From Candidatus Hodarchaeota archaeon (GTDB taxonomy: Archaea > Asgardarchaeota > Heimdallarchaeia > Hodarchaeales > Hodarchaeaceae): a stretch of DNA of 21,957 nucleotides. The DNA lies in the NCBI GenBank assembly GCA_016839785.1, contig JAEOTQ010000067.1, positions 1 to 21,957 of the forward strand. Direction: 5' to 3'. A model generated the notes under the pieces. It searched no databases, had not been told where the DNA came from, and saw only the letters and a list, made by a program, of their open reading frames with translations. Shown here piece by piece: positions 17,052 to 21,957 of the stretch. Both the position numbers and the translations under genes were made by a program. Positions within the stretch are counted from its first letter, which is position 1. Every line of letters starts with the position of its first letter.

Positions 17052-18671
17052 GTGACTCGCTGTAAGGTTATGACTCTGGTTTTCATTGTCTTTTTTGGTG
17101 TAATCACTAGTCATCCCCCAAGTGGAGTGAAAACCGTCCAAACAGAGGAGCCTGTAGTAACAAAAAATCCACCTCTCCGATCAATGGATGATAAATCTAC
17201 ATTCCTTGTACCACATGAAGCAAAATCTCAGATAAAGGAAGATCCATTATCAAATCATGATGATCAATTCACTAAGAACATGAATCATATTGTTAAGCCG
17301 TTTTTTCGGCCGAACTCAACTCCCCCACTTCATCAGGCCGTCCTTTCAGTCACTGCGGCTCTAACTCTCACGGAAAATTATAGCCATCATGAAATTGATT
17401 CAGATGGAAATAATCTTATAAATAGCCTTGTTTTTTATGCAGAATTTAATGTTACTATTGCCGATCGTTATTATTTTCTATATGGGATTTACCCAACAGA
17501 GTTTGAAAGTAGTTCAAATCAGCAATTGCAGGTTGATTGGACTCCTGGAATCCATAATATTTCAGCATCTTGGGTAATGGGGAAAATCGCATATTCTAAA
17601 CAACTCGTGAGTTCCTATTATATAGGTCCCATATTATGGGGTACTGAACCCTCCGAATACACTAATACGTTTTATCCAGACTATACAACTCGTGTATATA
17701 ATTACACTGAATTTGATCCTCCGTCCGTCTTTCTGACGGGTAATTACTATGATGAAGGAATGGATACAGGTGAAGATGGGTTATTCGATTATCTTGCATT
17801 TATTTGTGAAGTCAATGTTACCATGGATGGAACCTATGAAATCAATCTTTGGGTAGAGGAGGAGCAAGACCGATTTTTAGATGCAGGAAATTTGCGTGGT
17901 ACTCGTAAATTCTTTTCCCCAGGAATTTATAATGTCACATTCCTCTACCCTTGTATAGAGTTATATGTTAATCAGTGGACTACCTTTTTTCTCTTTGATT
18001 TGGTATCTATTGTAGATGAAAGCGGGAGAACAAGTCTAGGTGAAGCTTTTAATGTGTATACAACTCGTGTGTACCACTATACGGAGCTGGATCCTTGGGC
18101 GGTACTTACAGGTCATTATACAGACCAAGGCAGGGATACGGATAACGATAGCTATTTTAATGCCGTCGAATTTCGCTGTGAAATTAATGTTAGCGTAGCT
18201 GAAGAATATATCTTTTCCATTTCATGTCATTCATTAATAGGGGGTTATTCTTGGAATCTGAAGGCGAGTCAATTTGTATCGAGGGGAATACAGAATATAT
18301 CAATCTTAATTCCAGTTGATGAGTCTAATCTAACGTCTCCACTCCATTATAATACGTCTTATATTATTGATTCAGTTTCTATTGAGAAAGCCAATGTAGA
18401 TAGAAAGAATACCATCGTAGATGAAAAACTCAACAATGTTCATTTTACTAGAACATATACTTATACTGAATTTGTTCCACTTGAAGTCAGTGAAGAAACG
18501 TACCTCACAAATTCATCCTCAGATACTCCTGTCACCCTGGATGATACGAATGAGAGTGTTACTCAACAGAGTGTTACTTCACTCCTTTTTCTAACGAATA
18601 TTTCTGGATTATTCTTTTATTGTCTAATTGGATTAACAGTGATTCTCACTCATAAAAGAAGGAATAAATAA
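17052..18671 (+). CDS. Cell-surface protein with three ~123-aa beta-rich repeats bearing DxDxDG-like motifs and a C-terminal anchor
   Basis: Repeats start at 17367, 17733 and 18105 and follow LT..Y.....D.D......L.F..E.NV....Y ... G..N. ... TR.Y.YTE..P. Signal peptide, Ser/Thr linker, TM and KRRNK. Confidence 0.85.
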   Translation: MTRCKVMTLVFIVFFGVITSHPPSGVKTVQTEEPVVTKNPPLRSMDDKSTFLVPHEAKSQIKEDPLSNHDDQFTKNMNHIVKPFFRPNSTPPLHQAVLSVTAALTLTENYSHHEIDSDGNNLINSLVFYAEFNVTIADRYYFLYGIYPTEFESSSNQQLQVDWTPGIHNISASWVMGKIAYSKQLVSSYYIGPILWGTEPSEYTNTFYPDYTTRVYNYTEFDPPSVFLTGNYYDEGMDTGEDGLFDYLAFICEVNVTMDGTYEINLWVEEEQDRFLDAGNLRGTRKFFSPGIYNVTFLYPCIELYVNQWTTFFLFDLVSIVDESGRTSLGEAFNVYTTRVYHYTELDPWAVLTGHYTDQGRDTDNDSYFNAVEFRCEINVSVAEEYIFSISCHSLIGGYSWNLKASQFVSRGIQNISILIPVDESNLTSPLHYNTSYIIDSVSIEKANVDRKNTIVDEKLNNVHFTRTYTYTEFVPLEVSEETYLTNSSSDTPVTLDDTNESVTQQSVTSLLFLTNISGLFFYCLIGLTVILTHKRRNK

Positions 18672-18741
18672 AGTTTAGGCACCCGTACGATTCTATATTA
18701 TCCTTATCGGATGTATATATTAGGGAATTTCCCTTCGCTGA

Positions 18742-18830
18742 GGGGTATCGAATTCGACAAAAATCTTCAGGGCGATCCTTATACTACAATGGAATTTTTC
18801 TCCAATCTAGTAGCTTTCCACACATACAAC
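18742..18830 (-). pseudogene. Possible decayed YkgJ-like (Cys-cluster) gene remnant
   Basis: The minus strand gives VCVESY*IGEKFHCSI, then after a frameshift YKDRPEDFCRIRYP, resembling the CxIYxxRPxxCRxYP motif. Confidence 0.3.
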
Positions 18831-18863
18831 TCGAGCTTTCTTACTAGCAAAGTTATGCTATGG

Positions 18864-18871
18864 TTTATAAA
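18864..18871 (+). promoter_or_regulatory. Candidate TATA box for Kelch gene
   Basis: tttataaa lies about 40 nt upstream of ATG 18908, arguing that the true start is 18908/18911 rather than 18860. Confidence 0.35.
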
Positions 18872-18907
18872 TTCCGAAGTTCCCACCTCTGTGATCAGCT
18901 GGGAATA

Positions 18908-19918
18908 ATGATGAATTGCAAATCTGCTCCACGGATATTGACATTGATTTTACTATGTTTCTCTCTTTTTTTGAATATGAATGGCTTGTTAGTAGTTACT
19001 TCAGCCGTCCCAACTTGGGAAGAGGCACCTCCATTGGTAATTGGTGATGTAGGGTATGCTCATTCTTATAATGGAAAAATATACTTTGTTGGAAGTCTAG
19101 CTGTCCAAGAATATGATCCTGATATAGGATCTTGGGTTATAAAGAACAATGAAGGGTTGGGGGCTAAGTCTACCCGGGGTGATAGTGCGTTGATTGGCGA
19201 TAAAATCTATATCATTACCACCTGGATGAGTACTGCAATTTACGATATTGCCAACAATTCGTTTGCAGAATTTCCCACCTCTAAAACTGACCGAATTGAT
19301 ATCGGTGTCGGAACAACTAATGGAGAATTACTAGTAGCAGGCGGGTGGTTGAGTGGGGACTCCACTTCCGTTACATTGGTTGAAACCTTCAATCCAGACA
19401 ACAATTCATGGCAGACAATTACTCCCATGTTGACTAGTAGAAAAAACCATAAGCTAGTAACAGCAGAAAATTATGTTTATGCTGTTGGGGGGTACTCGGG
19501 ATTTGGATTCAATGTACTGACCCGAGTTTTTGAGAGGTATAATCCAGCGACGCAGGAATGGGAAAATCTGACCGCAGTCCCTTATGAGTATCGATCTCCA
19601 GGAATAACAGCTATTCAGGATGGTCGAATCATTGTTGCGGACATGACTCAAACTTCGGTGTATAATCCCATGGAGGATTCCTGGATAACTGGAAATTCCA
19701 TCATAGACTCAGGAGTATATTACTTAAATTCATTGGCGAATTTGAATAATACGGTGTATTCCATTGGTGCTATTGATGGGGATGATATTCTTCATGGATT
19801 TGTATGGACCTTAAATCTATCCGCTCCCTCACAGATACCTGGATTTGAATTACTATCCTCATTATTAGGAATATTAGTGGTTATCTCTTTCCTTAATTAC
19901 AGAAGAAAACAGAATTAG
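18908..19918 (+). CDS. Secreted Kelch-repeat beta-propeller protein with PGF-CTERM-like anchor
   Basis: Kelch repeats (KIY.VG, LLVAGG...VE.FNP..NSW....PM...R, VYAVGG...FERYNP....W), signal peptide MMNCKSAPRILTLILLCF, C-terminus IPGFELLSSLLGILVVISFLNYRRK. Confidence 0.88.
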   Translation: MMNCKSAPRILTLILLCFSLFLNMNGLLVVTSAVPTWEEAPPLVIGDVGYAHSYNGKIYFVGSLAVQEYDPDIGSWVIKNNEGLGAKSTRGDSALIGDKIYIITTWMSTAIYDIANNSFAEFPTSKTDRIDIGVGTTNGELLVAGGWLSGDSTSVTLVETFNPDNNSWQTITPMLTSRKNHKLVTAENYVYAVGGYSGFGFNVLTRVFERYNPATQEWENLTAVPYEYRSPGITAIQDGRIIVADMTQTSVYNPMEDSWITGNSIIDSGVYYLNSLANLNNTVYSIGAIDGDDILHGFVWTLNLSAPSQIPGFELLSSLLGILVVISFLNYRRKQN

Positions 19919-19930
19919 CCAAGCAAGCAC

Positions 19931-21307
19931 TTATTTGTTATCCTTTGGGATTCTTCTTCTTAACACTACTAAACCTAGGAATTGAATAAGAAGAATCAAA
20001 GTAAAATCCCAAGGAGAACTTGATTGAGTTGTTGATTGAGTTGTTGAAGGTAGTACTTCGACCCTAGCTAAATCTGTGGCTGTATTCCCATCCTGATCCA
20101 TAACTGTACAGACAAATGTATAGTTACCCGCAGCTAAGTTGTCGACATTGACATGTATCAGGCCTCCGTCCCATGAACCCTCCTCAATCAACTCCTCATT
20201 CTGAGTTAGGTTATAAGATGCTGGGTTATTATCAAGTGGAGACCAAACGACAGAAATCGGGCCAAGTGCATCCTCGGAAATTTTAAGATTGTTAGGATGA
20301 TCTATGAAAGGGGGAATAGTGCTTTTTACCTTCCATACAAAACCATAATAATTTCCTGGACTATCCCGTGCTCCAATCGAATATACATACCCATCTAAAT
20401 ACGCCAGAGAATTTGCACCATAGGCATCATAACCTTTTTCATTAAACGGTCCTTGATACCATTGATTTTGCTGGAAATCATAAATCTTAGTTGAACCTTC
20501 TCCTGGACCTCCAATGAAAATATCTCCTTCTTGAATAATTGTTGCTCCAAATTCTTGATAAGCTGGTCCTTCTCCAATTTCTTCCCACTGCTTTAATTCA
20601 GGATCATAGCGCTCTACAGGACAGTTTCCAAGTACCCCTCCAATTACATATAGGTATCCCCCACTTGAGACCATTTCATGATCTTTCCGGGCAGTTCCTA
20701 GTGGTTCAACAGGAAACCAACTCTCATTCTGAGAATTATATCCCCTCACTGCTTGTGTTGGATTAATATTTCCACTTTTCCAACCACCAGAAACATAGAT
20801 TATTCCATTCAATGTAGCAACAGCGACATCTAAACGGTTATAATCGGCTGTAGGGAAGTTAGAAAATTGGTTTGCGGTAATATTATAGACTGTGGTTTTT
20901 TCTGCAGTCCACCCATGGATCATATAGATTTCATCGTCTATCAGCGCGCTTCCTCCGCGATAAGGGTTATAACCTATCCCTTGATTGTTGATTATGGTCC
21001 AGGCGTTTTGTGTGGGATCGTATTCTTGAACTGCGCTTCCCCCAACAAAATAAATCTTTCCATTATAGGTATGCGCGTGACCCGTGTCGTTGATAACTAG
21101 AGAGGGAGCTTTTTCCCAAACTACGTTTGAAGAATATTCAACGGGAGATAATGAAGCGCTGGCCATATCTGAGCTATCAGAAACTGAATTTTTCATCCTC
21201 TGACTTGCTGGTTCAAACCCATGTACACTGAGAAGTGGAGTAAACATGAACATTGTAAAGAGGGTCACGATAAAATATGAAAAGGCTGATTTTCTCGGAG
21301 TATACAT
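19931..21307 (-). CDS. Secreted Kelch-repeat protein with an extra Ig-like domain and C-terminal anchor
   Basis: Kelch repeats (IYVSGG, LYVIGG...VERYDP...W), Ig-like PP.I.HP...W...D.NP..Y...G.W...L..G.YTF.CTV.D.DGN, then STTQ linker, TM and RRR. Paralog of 18908-19918. Confidence 0.88.
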   Translation of the reverse strand: MYTPRKSAFSYFIVTLFTMFMFTPLLSVHGFEPASQRMKNSVSDSSDMASASLSPVEYSSNVVWEKAPSLVINDTGHAHTYNGKIYFVGGSAVQEYDPTQNAWTIINNQGIGYNPYRGGSALIDDEIYMIHGWTAEKTTVYNITANQFSNFPTADYNRLDVAVATLNGIIYVSGGWKSGNINPTQAVRGYNSQNESWFPVEPLGTARKDHEMVSSGGYLYVIGGVLGNCPVERYDPELKQWEEIGEGPAYQEFGATIIQEGDIFIGGPGEGSTKIYDFQQNQWYQGPFNEKGYDAYGANSLAYLDGYVYSIGARDSPGNYYGFVWKVKSTIPPFIDHPNNLKISEDALGPISVVWSPLDNNPASYNLTQNEELIEEGSWDGGLIHVNVDNLAAGNYTFVCTVMDQDGNTATDLARVEVLPSTTQSTTQSSSPWDFTLILLIQFLGLVVLRRRIPKDNK

Positions 21308-21339
21308 TAAATTCTCACTTCTTAAACATAAGGAATAAG

Positions 21340-21361
21340 CACTTTTTCATCTTAAAAAGTG
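21340..21361. promoter_or_regulatory. Operator-like palindrome upstream of the minus-strand Kelch gene
   Basis: cacttttt-catctt-aaaaagtg (8-bp arms, 6-nt spacer), 33 nt upstream of ATG 21307 and overlapping a TATA-like tttttaa. Confidence 0.4.
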
Positions 21362-21710
21362 GTTGGTGAGTTAATTTCACAGAAACACATCTTCTTATAT
21401 TGAGAAACCTTCCCTCTTTTAATTCCAAATTAGACTATAATGCTCATTATTTCCCTAGTAACATTCGAATGGAGTCAGTTGTTTTGAAGGTGTTGGTAAA
21501 AGTTTGTAGAATCCTTTTCCTCTCCAGATGCTATACAAAAACCTAATAATCTTCCAAGTATGACCTCGTATGTCTTTTCATGTGTCAATAAGGAGATTGG
21601 ATTAAAACAAGAAAATGTAGATCCATTCTGTGATTATATCTGCAGGGGAATCTAATTTCCATAGTTTTCAATAACTTTATAGCCTCTAAGATAACTTAAG
21701 ATTATTTGAT

Positions 21711-21957
21711 GTGAACCTCGTTTTGAAATATGGACGAACTAATCGGAATATAGCTGTGGGTATGTTTTTGTTCATTTTTGGCGTGATCTTTTTATTTCCT
21801 CTCAGTATAACGGTCTCTGACTGTACTTCAGTTACTTCTAGTAGTGCCTCTTTTACTTTCACGATCGCTAACACAACTGCTTCTCAAAGGTTATGCGAGA
21901 ACGAAGACTCTTTTTGCTGTATTGGTACTACTTGGAATGTTTCAATTTATCTTAATG
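21711..21957 (+). CDS. Secreted protein, 'family B' (paralog of 8949-9656), 3' partial
   Basis: Not in the ORF track. From GTG 21711 or TTG 21723: ...KYGRTNRNIAVGMFLFIFGVIFLFPLSITVSDCTSVTSSSASFTFTIANTTASQRLCENEDSFCCIGTTWNVSIYLN, open to the window end. Confidence 0.8.
   Translation, partial: MNLVLKYGRTNRNIAVGMFLFIFGVIFLFPLSITVSDCTSVTSSSASFTFTIANTTASQRLCENEDSFCCIGTTWNVSIYLN

Noticed and set aside
21686-21874. 62-aa minus-strand ORF
   Set aside because: Antisense to the plus-strand family-B gene, which is supported by paralogy.

Overview
AT-rich archaeal window, most consistent with an Asgard archaeon of the Heimdallarchaeia/Hodarchaeales type. This is an inference from a Vps4-clade MIT-AAA gene, a LamG-TM-uDENN/longin-like protein and many C-terminally anchored surface proteins. 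The left end (1-4150) is housekeeping: the 3' end of an FprA flavodiiron protein gene, a TPR protein, a YgeY-like M20 hydrolase and a class-III (DABA-type) aminotransferase. From about 4.3 to 11.3 kb lies an accessory island of minus-strand secreted, membrane-anchored protein genes, including an orphan family-5 ABC substrate-binding protein. It is bracketed by two truncated plus-strand ATPase genes: a HerA/VirB4-like 3' fragment on the left and a Vps4-like 5' fragment on the right. The last 12 codons of the left fragment (VFDPIDEILSQK) recur as a diverged remnant (VFDPIDEVISQK) at 8862-8897. This splits the island into two cassettes, each ending in a paralog of the same uncharacterised surface-protein family, which suggests cassette accretion at a gene 3' end. 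The right half holds the DUF2341/LamG-TM-uDENN-like protein, a flavin reductase, a three-repeat DxDxDG-type surface protein, two convergent paralogous secreted Kelch proteins, and the start of a paralog of the nonsense-interrupted gene at 8949-9656. No rRNA, tRNA, CRISPR array, integrase or transposase was recognised.
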